A stretch of 64,000 nucleotides of DNA from Paraspadella gotoi (taxonomy: Eukaryota > Animalia > Chaetognatha), in assembly GCA_051294375.1 (NCBI GenBank), contig CM119266.1, positions 27,432,221 through 27,496,220 of the forward strand, given 5' to 3'. The translations under genes were made by a program, and so were the position numbers. A model generated the notes under the pieces. That model saw nothing but the letters and a program-made list of their open reading frames with translations, searched no databases and had not been told where the DNA came from. Positions 13,430 to 26,269 of the stretch are shown one piece after another; positions within the stretch are counted from its first letter, which is position 1; every line of letters begins with the position of its first letter.

Positions 13430-16400
13430 TGTCGATTCGTCAACGTTGTCGTCATCGTCGTCGTTCAAACGTTCGTCGTCATCTGTTCATACGTCGTCGT
13501 CGCTCCGTCATCGTTCAACGTTGTCGTCATCGTCGTCAGTCAAGTTCGTCGTGCGAGTTCCCAGTCAAACGTTGTCTGGTCACTCGTCGTCGTTCATCCG
13601 TCAACGTTTGCTCTCGTCACTCGTCGTCGTCAACGTTGTCGTCATCGTCGTCGTCAACGTCGTGCGTCATCGTCGTTGTCAACGTCGTCGTCGTCGTCAT
13701 CGTCAGTTCATCGTCTCGTCAAACGTCATCGTCATCAGTCGTAACAGTGTACAGATCGTGTCGTAACGTTGAATGATCGTCGTCGTCAACGTTTGTTCGT
13801 CGTCGTCGTCGTTGTCATCACGTCGTCCATCAGTCACGTCGTCATCGTCAACGTTGTCGTCATCGTCGTCGTCATCGTCGTCGTCAACGTCGTCGTCATC
13901 GTCGTTGTCAACGTCTCGTCGTCGTCATTCGTAAACAACGTTGTCGTCATCTGTCGTCGTCAACGTTGTTCGTCATCGTCGTCGTCAACGTCGTCGTCAT
14001 CGTCAACGTTGTCGTCATCGTCGTCGTCATCGTTCAACGTTGTCGTCATTCGTCGTCGTCAACGTGTGCATCGTCAAGTTTCGTATCCGTCGTCTCAATC
14101 GTCGTCTCGTCACGTGTCGCTCGTGTGTCAACGTCGTCGTCATCGTCAACGTTGTTCGTCACGTCGTCGTTCATCTGGTCAACGTTGTCGTCATCGTCTG
14201 TCGGTCAACCGTTGTACAGTGCGAGTCAGTCGTCTGTCAAAACGTCGTCGTCATCGTCGTTGTTTCAACGTCGTTCGTACGATCAAAGTCATCGTCAACG
14301 TTGTCGTCATCGTCGTCGTCAACGTCGTCAAAACTGTTCAAATCGTCCGTCGTCAACGTCAGATCGTCAATCGTCGGTAACTCGTCAACGTTGTCGTCAT
14401 CGTCGTCGTCAAAAAGTATCTCGTTCGTCCGTCATCCGTCAACGTTGTCGTCATTCGTTCGTCGTCAACGTCGTCGTTCAATCGTCGTCAAACGTTGTCC
14501 GATCATTCGTCAAGTTGTCTCGTCAACGTCGTCGTCATCGTCTCGAGTCGTCACGTCAACGTTGTCGTCATCGTTCGTCGTCACTGTCGTCAATCGTTCG
14601 CTCGTTCATCGTCTGTCCAATCGCTCAACGTTGTCGTCATTGTCGTCGTCAACGTTGTCGTATCGTTCACGTATGTCGTCAACTCCGTAGCGTTGTCAGT
14701 CCTGTCTGTCGTCCAACGTCGGTTCGTGCGTCGTCCAATCGTCAACGTTGTCGGTCATCGTCGGTCCAGCTTCAACCGTTTCGTCTTCCGGTCGCGGTCA
14801 ACGTCGTCCGTTCGTCACTCGTCATACGTCTGTCGGTTTCAAACCTCGATGTTACCGTCGGTTTTTTCCAAATTTGTAACGTTGTCGTTACGTCATCGGT
14901 CGTCGTTCAACGTCGCTCAACGTCATCGCTCAATGTCAAGTCATCGTCAAAACTTGTCAGTTCATCGTCACGTCAGTCACGTACGTACGTCGTTTCACGT
15001 CGTATCGTAACTGTCGTTCATCGTCAGTCGTCAACAGTTGTCGTCATCGTCGTCGTCTAAACTGTCGTCGACATTCAAACGTCGCATCGTTTCGTCATCT
15101 CAACGTTAATCGATTACGGATGATCGCAGTACACGATATACTCGTCATCGATAACGATTGTCAGTCATCGTCGATCGTCAACCGATAGTCCGTCATACAG
15201 ATCCGATATAATAGCGATCTCAACGTCAGTCGAATATTCAAATACGTCGCTATCGTCAACGTCAGTCAGTACGGTACGTCCAGTCATCGTCAATAACGTC
15301 GATCATACGTCCGTCAGTCAACGTCTGTCAGTCACTCCGTCAAACGTCGTCATCGATACGTCGTTGTCAACGTATAGTCGCTCATCGTTCATCAGTCAAC
15401 GTGATCGTCAACAATCCGTCAACTTAGGTCGTACTTTCGATCGTCACGTCAACGTTAGTCGTCATCGCCTGTGTCAACAGTTTGTCGTCTCGTATCGTCT
15501 CAACGTTCGTCCATCGTCGTCGTTCAACTCGTCGTCATCGCGTCGTCAACGTCGTCGTCATCGTCACCGGTCGTCACGTTGTCGTCAAGTTCGCTCATCG
15601 TTCAACGTTGTCGTCATCGTCGTCGTCACAACGTTGTCGATCATCGTCGGTCGTCAACGTTCGTCGTCATCGTCCGTTTCCGTCATTACGTTCGTACGTT
15701 GTCGTCATCAGTACAACGGTGTCGTCATTCGTCGTCAACTCGTCAACGTTGTCGTTACAATCGTCGCTTCGGTCATTTCGTCATCGTCGTCGTCAACGTC
15801 GTCGTCATCGTTCGTTGTCCAACGTCGTTCGTTCGTTCGTCATCGTCAACGTTCGTCGCGGGTCGTCAATCGTCAAGTATGATACGATACAATTCGATCG
15901 ATACAAAAAAAAAGACGTGGGCAGTCAACGTACGGGTGCGTCAAATCGTCTTGTCAACGGTCGTCGTCGTCGTCATCGTCAACGTAATATGAAATCTAGA
16001 TGCAATCGTCGTCGTCACACGTTGTCGCTCATCGTCAGGTCTTGATCACAAACAGATCGGCCGTTCAGTCGTGCTTGCTCAAAACGGATACGTCAGATAC
16101 GTCGTCAAATTCGTCAACTTGTCGTTCATCGTCGTCCGAGGGAATCAGACGTCGCGTCATCGGTCAGTTGTCAACGTCCAGTCAATCGTCATGTCATCAT
16201 GTCACATCGTTTTGTCGTCATCGTCGTCGTCATCGTCAACGTTGATACAGTCAATCGTCATTCGTCAACCGTTTGTCAGTTCATTTCGTTCGGCTGAACG
16301 TCAACGCGAAAAAGACTCTGTCGTCATTTCGTTCGCAATCGTCAAAACGCTCGTTCGCGTCATCCCGCATGAAAGTTGTCAAACGTCGTCTCGTCGTCGT

Positions 16401-19400
16401 ATCGTCAATCTGTTGTCTAACGGTCAGTCGTCGTCGTCAACGATTGGTTGTCATCGTGCGAGATCGTCAACGTTGTCGATCATCGTTCGTTCGTCACACG
16501 TCGTCGTCATCGTGTGTCAACGTCGCATCGTCGTCATCGTCCAACGTCGTCGTCGTCGTCGATCGTCAACGTTGTCGTTCATCGTCGTCGTCTAACGTCG
16601 TCGTCATCGTCGTCTGTCAAACGTCGTGCGTCATCCGTCGTCGTCAACGGATCGTCGGGCGTCGTCATCGGTCCATCGTCACGTTTTCGTCATCGTCGTC
16701 GTCAACTGTCTCATCGTCGTCTCGTCAACGTTGCGTCAGTCGTCGTCTAACAGGTTGTCTGTCAATCGTCTGTCGTCATACGTACGTCAGGTCAAGTCGT
16801 CGTGTCAACGTACGTCGTGCGTCGTCACGTCACGGGTCCGTCACGTCGTCGCATCGTCAACGTTGTCGTCATCGTCGTCCGTCAACGTGATGTCGTCACG
16901 TCTAAAAAGCGCTAAGCAGCGCAATCGTTCGCAGTGCATTCGTCGTCGTCGTCAACAGGGTCAACGTCGCTCGTCATCGTCAACGTTTGTCGTCATCGTC
17001 TGTGCTGAATCAACTGCGTCGTTCATCGCTCGGTCAACCGTCTTGTCAGTCCATTCGTCACGACTTTGTCAAGTCGATCGTCGTCCGGTCGAACGTGCTC
17101 GTCATTCCGCGTCAACAGTTGTCTCACGTCGTTGTCAACGTCGTCGTCATCGAGTCAACGTGTGTCGTCATCGGCGTTGTAAAAGACTATCGAATCATCA
17201 GTACAACGATTGGTCGTCAATTCGTGGTCGTCAACTCTGTTCATCGTTCACACTTGATGCAGTCATATCAGTCGTCGTCAACCCGTTCTCTGTCAGTGTC
17301 GTTCATGTCGTCAGTCAACTGTCGTCTCGTCGTCGTCATCGTCAACGGTTGTCGTCATCTCGTCGTCAAGACGTGCGTCGGTTCAATCGGGCAACTGTTC
17401 GTCATGGCGTGTCCTGTGATCAACGTCGTCGTCATTCGTAACGATTGTCAACGTCGTCGTCATCGTCAACTGGTCTTCGTCGTCATCAGTACGTCGTCAT
17501 CGTCAAGTCGTACGTTGTCACTGTTCATCGTCCGTGTCGTCATCGTCCGTAGTCGTCACGTTGTCGTCAGTCGTACGTCATTCCGTGCTAACGTCGTCGT
17601 AACGTTCGGTCGTCATTGTAACGGTTTCGTCGACGGTACCAGTCGTCAACGTCTGGTCGTCATCGTCACGTTGCGTCACTCGTCCGTCAAGCGGTCATCG
17701 TCACGTTGTCGTCATCGTGTCGTCATCTCAAACGTGTCGTGCACCTCGTCGTCGTCACGTTGTCGTTTCCAATGGTGACCGTCGCTCGTCGTCATCGTCA
17801 ACGTTGTCGTCATCGGTCGTTGTCAACGAGAGATGCGTCCATCGTCAGTTGATCAAACGTCGTCCGTCAGCGTTCATCGTTCAACGACATTGTAGTTTCA
17901 TCGTACGGTCAACGTCGGTCGTCATCGGTCAACGTCGTCGTCATTCGTCGTCCGTCATCGTCGTCGTCAAACGTCGGTCGTCATCGGTCGTCGTCAACGT
18001 CGTCGATCATTCGTCGTTGGTCCAACGTTCGTCGTCGTTCGTCATCGTCAACGTTTTGTCGTCCATTCGTTCGTCGTCAACGTTCGTTCGTCATCGTCGT
18101 CTGTCAACGTTCGTCGTTCATCCTCGTTGTCAACGTCGTCGGTCGCGTCATCGTCAACGTCGTCGTCGTCGTCGAGATCGGTGTCAAAACGAGTTGTCGT
18201 CAATCGTCGTCGGGCTCACGTCGAGTCGTCATAACAAAGCGTCGTTCGTCAAGACGGTCGTCAGTCCAAGTTCGTCGTTGTCACGTCGTTCGTCTTCGTC
18301 TCAATCAGTCATACGTTCGTCGTCGTCGGTCATCGTCAACGGGTTGTCGTTGCAGATCGTCGTCGGTCAAGCGTCGTCGTCATCGTCGTGTCAACGTCGT
18401 CGTCGTCGCATTCTCCAACGTTGTCGTCATCTCGTCGTCAACGTCGTCGTCATCAACGTTGTCGTCACGTCTGTGTCACTCGGTCGTATATCAACGTTGT
18501 CGTCACGTCGTCGTCATCGTCAAACGATTGTCGTCATCTCGTCGTCAACGTCGTCGTCATCGCCGTCAACCGCGTTTCGTCTCATCGTACTGCGACGTCG
18601 TCACGTCACTGTTGTCGTCAGTCGTCGTAGCGTCGTCATCGTCGTCGTCAGACGTCGTCGTCGTCATTCTTCAACGTTGTCGTCATCGTCGTCGTCTTCA
18701 ACGTTGTCGTCATCGTCGTCATCGTCAAGACGTATGTCGTCATTCGTCGTTGTCAACGTCGTCCGTCTCGTTCATCGTCAATCGCGTCTGTCATCTCACT
18801 TGTCGTCATCGTCATTCGTCAACGTTGTCGTCATCTTCGTTGTCGTCGTCATCGCACGTCAACGTTGTCGTCATCGTCGTCGCATCGTCAACGTGTCGTT
18901 TTCGTAGTCAATCGTCGTCTGTCAACGTCGTTCGTCGTCGTCATCGTATCGTCAACGTTGTCGTCATCGTCTCGTCAACGTTCGTCGTCATCGATCTAAC
19001 GTCTCGTGTCGTCATGCGTCGTTCGTCAATCGGTCAACGTGTACTCAGTTCATGACGTCACGTTCATCGTCATCGTCTGTCGTCTCGTCAAGTCGTCGTT
19101 CTCAAACGTTGTCGTCATCGGTCGTCGTCATCGTACGTGCGTCACTAACGTTAACGTCGATCGTCATCGTCGTGTCAGAACGTCGTCGTCCATCGTCAGT
19201 CGTCAACGCTGTCGTCGCTTCATCGTCAACGTTCGTCACGTCATCGATCGTGCGTCAACGTCCGTCGTACGTCTCGTCACGTGTCGTCACGTCGTCGTCA
19301 TCGTGTCAACGTCGTCGTCATCGTCACTGTCGTGTTCATCGTCGATCATCGTAACGTTCGTCACTCGTCGTCAACGTCGTCGTCATCGTCGGTTGTCAAC

Positions 19401-19830
19401 TCGTGTCCGTCGTCGTCTCGTCAACGTTCGTCTCGTCGTGTACATCGTACGTGTCGTCATCGGTCGTCGTCATCCGTCAACTGTCGTATCGTGAGACGAT
19501 CGTGCGAAGTCGGTCAAACTCCGTCGTCAACGTGTCGTCATCGGTCATGACGTTGGTCGTCATCGTCCGTCGTCATCGTCGGAGTGTTGTAACGTCGTTC
19601 GTCGTCGTCATCGTCAACGTTGTCGTCATCGGTCTGCGGTCAACGTTGTCGTTCGTCGTCGTCACGTCTGTCAACGTGTCTCATCCGTACGTTCGTACGT
19701 CGATCTCGATCAACGTTGTCGTCATCGTCGTCGTCGTCGTCGTCACGTCGTTGTCCGTCGATCGTCATCGTGACTCGTCAACCGTCTTCGTCATCGTCGT
19801 CGTCAACGTCGTCGTCATCGTCGTTGTCAA
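13430..19830. repeat. Long degenerate GTC minisatellite array (same unit as 11296-11777)
   Basis: The gtcaacgttgtcgtcatcgtcgtc core persists throughout with dense random indels, as in an unpolished long read. Confidence 0.9.
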
Positions 19831-20065
19831 GTCGAGTTATGTAGTTTTTTCCGCATTTCTTGTCCGATTTTGAACAGTTTTCAAATAAGTTTATTTAATT
19901 AATTAATTAATTAATTTATTTATTATTTTTTATTTATTTGTTTCTTCAATTATTTTAACCGAGGTATCAGAGCGCAAGAAGTTTTTTATAAAAAAGTCTT
20001 AAAAGTAAAACAAGACTTTTTCCGTTTGCTTCAGCCCGGACGTTAGAGAGGTCCCAGATGTAGAG

Positions 20066-20114
<49 letters not shown>

Positions 20115-22531
20115 AAAAAGCCGAAGGCGGGACGGCGTAGAGTGGGAGGGTCAACCTTCAGCCTTGGCTCAGGTCAGTTGAGCCAATGAAAGGGGAAACA
20201 GCAGGACTTCCGCGTTGGCGACGACGACGACGACGACGACGGCGAAGGCGACAAAAAGCTTAAACCTGCATTTTGCATGAGGGAAAATTGATTTTCTTTG
20301 CCTCCGACCAAAAGGGAGGCAGAGATAGGAATCAGAGAAAGAGAGAGACAGAGAGAAAAAGATGGAGAGAGAGAGAGAGAGAGAGAGAGTAGAGAGGTGG
20401 AGAAAAAAATCGGAACAAAAAGAGAAGGAGAGAAGGAGATGAAAGGGAGGTGAGAGAGAGTAGGATGGAGAAGAAGAAGAAGAGAGGGTGACAGTGAGAA
20501 GGGAGAGTAAGCGAGGAATAGATTGAAAGAGAAAGAGAGAGGGATAGGGGAAAGAGGAAAGGAGCGAAGGTTGCAAAAGGGGAGGGGAAAGGGGAAAAGA
20601 GGAGTAAAAGGGAGGGAGAAGAGGGAGGAATAGGAAGGGGAAAGAGGAAGAGGGGAGGACAGGCAGACCAAGAAGGTGGGGAAGAGGAAGGCAAGTAGGA
20701 GAGAGAAGGAGGGGAATAGGGCTGGGGAAAGAGGAGGAGAAGGATGAGGAGAGAAGTAGAATGGAGGAAGACAAGGGGGAAGGGAAGAGCGATGGAATTG
20801 AGGGGGAGGGGAGAGGAGAAGAAGGAGGGGAAGAGGCGAGCGGGTGAGGAGAAGAAGAGAGGAGGGGAAATAAGAGGGGAGGAGAAAATGAGGGAGGAGG
20901 GGAAGGAGAGGAAGGAGGAAGAGGGAGAAGAGGGCAGGTTAGAGGGGGAAGAGCTGCGGAAGAGCAGGGAAGAGGGGAGGCACGAGGGGGAAGAGAGGAG
21001 GGGGGAGGCTAGGAAGAGGGGAGAAGGAGAAGAGGGATAATGAGAGGGGGAAAGAAGGGGAAGACCCGGGGAAGAAGTGGCGAGGCCAAAAGAGAGAGGA
21101 GGTGAAGATGGGGAGGAAGAGGGGAAGAGGAGCTTGACGAGGGAGGCGTGTTGACAAAAAGAGAGAACGACCTTAGGTTTTTCTATACAAATTCATGGAA
21201 CCGTGACATTTCCATTTTTATTAGACCGTTGAAATGAATGTCGTATTGAGACACTTATCTCAACAATTAGATTACGATTTAAGGGAAACCGTTCATGATA
21301 TCTTTTGATGGAATAATTTATACAATATCAGTAAAAAAAATATCTTCATGTCATTGTAAAAAGCAGATAACTTTTTACGGTTAATTTACGAGTGTAAATG
21401 TATTTGTCTATTTTTGATTTGAATGCGTCGTTGCCTTCGTCGTTGTATAAGTCGTCTTCGTTGTCGTCGTCATTTTTGCTTGAACTATTTGAGCTTCCAA
21501 AGCCTAGTATTTTATCATTTTTTCTATTTTTTATCGAGCCTACCGGCGAAGCCGGTTTCAAGGCTCGATATTGATTCGGGTGAGCTTCTTTGTAAGATAA
21601 TGAAAAATAACGTGGCGAAACGGTCTCGTGCTGATTTTGTCCCTTTAAAATTGTTTCTGAGCCAAATTAATTGATTGTTACTTTTGGTAATATGTGCGAT
21701 ATACACTACTGGACTTTACTGTGTCTGACCATAACCCTTGACCATCAACAAAAAAGCTAACTTAATCAAAAATAGTAAAAAAGATGAAGCAATATAACTT
21801 GAAACGCTTACAAAACTTTAGACCATTGCTTTTATAAATGCAAAAAGAATATTAATAATATTAAAAGAAAACTTTAACGATAACTTAATAGTTAACCGAG
21901 ACCAAAATGAATATTTTTTACCCATCATTTCCTCAATTTATATGAATAAAATGCTTGTAATTAGTCAATTAATCTAAATAACAATCTGACAAATTAATTT
22001 TCAATTTTTTTTATGAATGGGAAGTTTTTTCTGCCTATTCCCCTTGTGTCTAATTATCTAATATTTTAAAGGTATTTTCAAAAACCTTATATAATTACTA
22101 TATTTTTCATTTTTTTTAAATTCTTTCAAACAAAAACAACATCATAAAAACATTTTAAATTAATAAAAAAAATCGATTGAATGATTTTGAAAAAAAATAT
22201 TTTGAAACTTGAGAATAATAGATTTCGAGTTAGGAAAACAATTTTGCAATTCTAAAAAAATCAGCCTTTAGCCTTTCAATTTTTCTAGAGGCTGATTTAT
22301 TTATTTTTTTGATATTTTGATTTTCTATGCAAAACCATTATTCTCAATGAGCATAGGTCGGATGAACTTTTTTTTCAACAATTGGAAAAAATTTTAACTT
22401 TTTTAATTAGGCTTTTTTGGGGGAAACAAATAAATCAATTGTTATACGATGGGTACATCTAAAAGTGATATGTCTCTAAATGACAAAAAAAAATTTTTCA
22501 AGTTTTATTTTGAAATTTAGATATTGTACCA

Positions 22532-22855
22532 TTTAGAGAAAAACAAAGTTTTTTTTAATTGGAGATACGGACATGTTTCGGCTCACATTCGAGCCTTCTT
22601 CAGCGTATTTGCCATAAGAAAATATTTTGTGCAAAAAGAAGGGTGCTGAGAGAGAGAAGAAGAAAAAGACGAGAAGATAAAGGACCAGAGAGAGAGAGAG
22701 AGAGAGAGATAGAGGTAAAGGTTTTCTAACAAAGTGGTGAGAAATGTGAGCCGAAACATGTCCGTATCTCCAATTAAATTCGTTGTACCACAATTAAAAA
22801 CTTTGTTTTTCTCTAAATCCTAATAACAACGAAAACGAAAGGTTTATCGCATCAT
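22532..22855. mobile_element. PLE-derived fold-back mini-insertion (inverted partial pseudo-LTRs) with 12-bp TSD
   Basis: GATATTGTACCA at 22520-22531 and 22856-22867. The insertion is absent from the paralogous site near 53415-53430. Arms 22532-22589 and 22743-22817 are inverted repeats. Confidence 0.75.
22565..22608 (-). ncRNA. Minimal type-I hammerhead ribozyme (PLE type)
   Basis: Minus strand reads ATACG-CTGAAGA-A-GGCTC-GAATGT-GAGCC-GAAA-CATG-TC-CGTAT: complete CUGANGA/GAAA core, 5-bp stem II, 5-bp stem I, palindromic CATG at stem III and a GUC cleavage triplet. Confidence 0.85.
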
Positions 22856-25794
22856 GATATTGTACCAATAAAAATAAGTGAGATAATTTTTATTTAACAA
22901 AGATTTGTACTGCGTAGTTTAAAAAAATATTTTTTTAAATAACTTTTGAAAGAAAAGAGGCAGCACGGTGGGTGTGGTATCAAATTAAAGCCCTAATCAT
23001 AGGAGTTTTATTAAATTAAATCCATAAATCTTTACACAGCTTTTGTTTAAATCAGAGTTAAAGGTATAACAGTTTTTTGCTTTATAAATTATATAAGGCA
23101 TATGAAATTTTTTATTTTTCTTTTGTAATTTGAAAAAAGAAAGACTAAATTACATTTTGATTAATATTAAAATTTTTTTATTCCATAAAATTATTTATAT
23201 TTTTCAGTTATAGTGAAAAACAAGCAAAAATTTATGTTGTAGCTTGATAAAATGTCTTTTTAAATATGAAAAATAATAAATACAAAAATGTTTTCAGCTT
23301 GATATAAACAGTCTGGACGTCTACCTTCTTGTCTGTGAAAAAAAATGGCATTTTTCATTATCTTTAACTGGAAACAAAAAGCTTGACACACTGCTTGTCT
23401 ATCATAATAAGATTTAAAAAATTACATAGCTGGCAATATATTTGACAAAGCAAGACGTCATTGTGTTAAATTGTATTAATAATTTAGAAAAAAATATAGC
23501 AAGGAATTTAATTCTATTATTTATAATCGATTTTAATTTAGAAAAAATATTTCTCGTAATAGCCCATTGGAAAGAGTTCATTGACTGACTTAATGATCAA
23601 ATTTTTTAGGTTTCTTTACTGCCCCCATTTCACAGATTATCTGTACCCTTTCTGCAACCTGCATTCCAATTTTTTTTTCCCTTTCAAATGTATTAAATAA
23701 AAAAAATTATTTGAGAGAACAATCGGCGTAGAGGATGCCATTGGTAAGCCTTAGTTACCCTACTTCCTGATCGAATTTTTAAATGAGGTTTTTTTTCCAT
23801 CTATTTGAGACATAACACTAACTATTGGTACTATTAATTTTTTTTTCTATTACAATTCTATGAATAAATATGAATAAGTAACTTTTTAAAGAAATTTATC
23901 ATCTTTCACCCTATATTCAGTCATATCTAAAAAACAAAAAAAGATGTTGCATTGATATTTTGTATATCAACATATGAAACTATAACGTTTCTAAAAATAA
24001 AAAGAAATATAATAATATTGAATGGTAAATTTTTTTTATGCACGGAACAGTAACGTTATGCCATTTTTCATTGTGTCGTAACGTCGTCGTCGTCATCGTC
24101 GTCGTCGTCTACTACGCTTTTATAGTTTTGGCTGGGACTTACCGTTTTTTTTAATAAAAATTATTATAAATTACAATGAAGTTTTATAAAAGTGTGCGAT
24201 CATAGTAAGTTAAAAATTTAGATATGGCTTCTCATCTTGAAATAGCTCTGAAATTTTTATACTACATTTGGATTCAAGTATTTTTTGTTTGAATTTTCAC
24301 TTCATTTTGATTTACTGCAATATGCAAATGAGATTATAATACTCATTATAATATCCAAATTAGTATATAGAAATGCTTTAATCTAATTTACATATTGCAG
24401 TAAATAATATTGAAGATGAAATTCATAAACAGATCTTTGAATCAATAAAAAACATGTGAAATCATTAAAAACGAGTTTAGGCTCTGCAGTGACTGTTCAG
24501 CTGCCTTCCAGCGGCTGTCCAGCTTTTTCTCTTTCTCTTTCTGTCTCTCTCTGTCTCTCTCTGTCTCTCTCTCTCTCTGTACGATCTCTTGCGTGATCGT
24601 TTTTTGAAAAAAATTTTGATTATTTTTTTCCTTTTAAAAACTTTAATTATCGCCATTTATTTCGCGATTTTTTCTCAATGCAAAATCCCAAATTTACATC
24701 TCAGATTTTCGTGGATTTATTCTCTTTCTTTCTCTCTCTCTTTCTTTCTCTCTCTCTCTCTCTCTTTCACTCATACACGCATTTGTTTGTTTTATTTATG
24801 ATGAATGATTCATTGCGTCAATGTATGACTATCATCGCATCAATGAATGACTATCATCGTATCAATGAATGATTATCATCACATCAATGAATGACTATCA
24901 TCGCATCAACCATTTGGTTATTATGACATCAATAATTTGGTTATCATAACATCGATCATTTGGTTACCATCGCATCAATATTTGGCTATCATCGCATCAT
25001 TCATTTGGTTATCATCGCATCAATTCTTTGGTTATCATCGCATCAATATTTGGTTATCATTGAAGGGAGGCTCGATCCTATTCTTTTAAGATTTTTTCTA
25101 TTATTTTTCCAATAAAAAAAATCTTGTATTTGAAAAATATTAATATTAATTATTATTTATATTATCAATTTCACCAGAATCGAAAACGGATCGGAAGATC
25201 GGGCGATCGCCACCAGAATAGAATCGTCGAATGCTGATTGGCTCAGCTGGAACCGGAATCGATCAATCAGCTTGCAAGAACGATGGAACTGTCAAAATCA
25301 CTCTAGCCTATGATCTTCTTTCTTAGTTATAAATAGACTTAGCTTGTGAAATCTGTTGCCTCGTTTCTCTTTTTCACTCTCTCTCCCCTCGTTTAAAAAC
25401 GATCATTTGACCACTTTGACCGCATTGGGTCATTTAATATTTCCATAATTAGAGAGACTGTGAACCAGTTTTTAGTTTGCTTCAAAGACTCACAAAATTT
25501 ATGTCTGTCCCGTTTGGAAACTCCGTTCTTACGGGTTTCTTAATAATAATTAATGTAAATTAATTAATATTCATCGTCTTTTTCTTCAATCATATGGAAC
25601 TCATGTTAGACTCTTCTGAACGGGCGACATCAAATGCTCGTCTTCGCTAAGCGTGAGAATAAACAATTCTTCACATAGCTCTCCCTTAGTTTCAGTAGCA
25701 TTGATGCAAACTACTGCGTGCGTCTCACCGTCACCTTTTAGAATAAATCTCCTACTGATTTCAACCTAAAAATCCATGAGTTTTTCCTTAAATG

Positions 25795-25832
25795 TGGTGG
25801 CAGCGGTGAGATTCGAACCCACGCCTCCGAAG
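25795..25832 (-). pseudogene. 3' half of tRNA-Leu including CCA
   Basis: Minus strand CTTCGGAGGCGTGGGTTCGAATCTCACCGCTGCCA+CCA matches the variable arm, T arm and acceptor of eukaryotic tRNA-Leu(AAG/TAG). No 5' half upstream. Confidence 0.75.
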
Positions 25833-26136
25833 GGGAGAAACATTCCAATTCAGCTACGTAATATTTCCTAATTCCCTCACGCGAAGAATCATTTGAATTA
25901 CCGTAAAAAAACCAAGATGGAAAAAAGACTCTTTCCCCCGTGATATCGGAGAAATTAACTAAATAATTAAATAAAGAATTAGGCCTTTCTTGTAGTTGAT
26001 ACACATTATTGGTTCGGTCTGAGAGACTGGGAAAAATCCAATCGATAAATCTATAAAACCAATATCACAGGAATGAAGGCTTAAATAAAGGCTTTGATTA
26101 GAAAAGGAATTTGAAAATAGATAATGTAAGAGAAAC

Positions 26137-26269
<133 letters not shown>

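Larger units (their letters stand above)
21596..24077 (-). mobile_element. Non-autonomous TIR DNA transposon, copy 1 (4-bp TSD GTAA)
   Basis: Inverted homolog of 51654-54353 along its whole length. Ends are ga(--)taatgaaaaat and atttttcattgtgtc, with GTAA at 21592-21595 and 24078-24081. Confidence 0.85.
21533..25127 (+). mobile_element. HINE/DINE-1-like element family 2 (sub-TIR ATCGAGCC), interrupted by a nested DNA transposon
   Basis: T-run, then the hairpin ATCGAGCC..accggc-gaa-gccggt..GGCTCGAT (21533-21569). Then a (GTC)n tract, an internal ~22-bp atcatcgcatcaat tandem, a second GGCTCGAT at 25069-25076 and a CTTGT end. Inverted paralog at about 48015-49135. Confidence 0.6.

Noticed and set aside
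13391-19873. Many long Ser/Arg/Val-rich ORFs
   Set aside because: They are translations of a stop-poor, noisy GTC minisatellite and are open in several frames.
21346-21510. VCP/CDC48-like C-terminal EDDLY motif
   Set aside because: No stop follows the motif, the context is low-complexity GAC, and no other VCP exons are seen.
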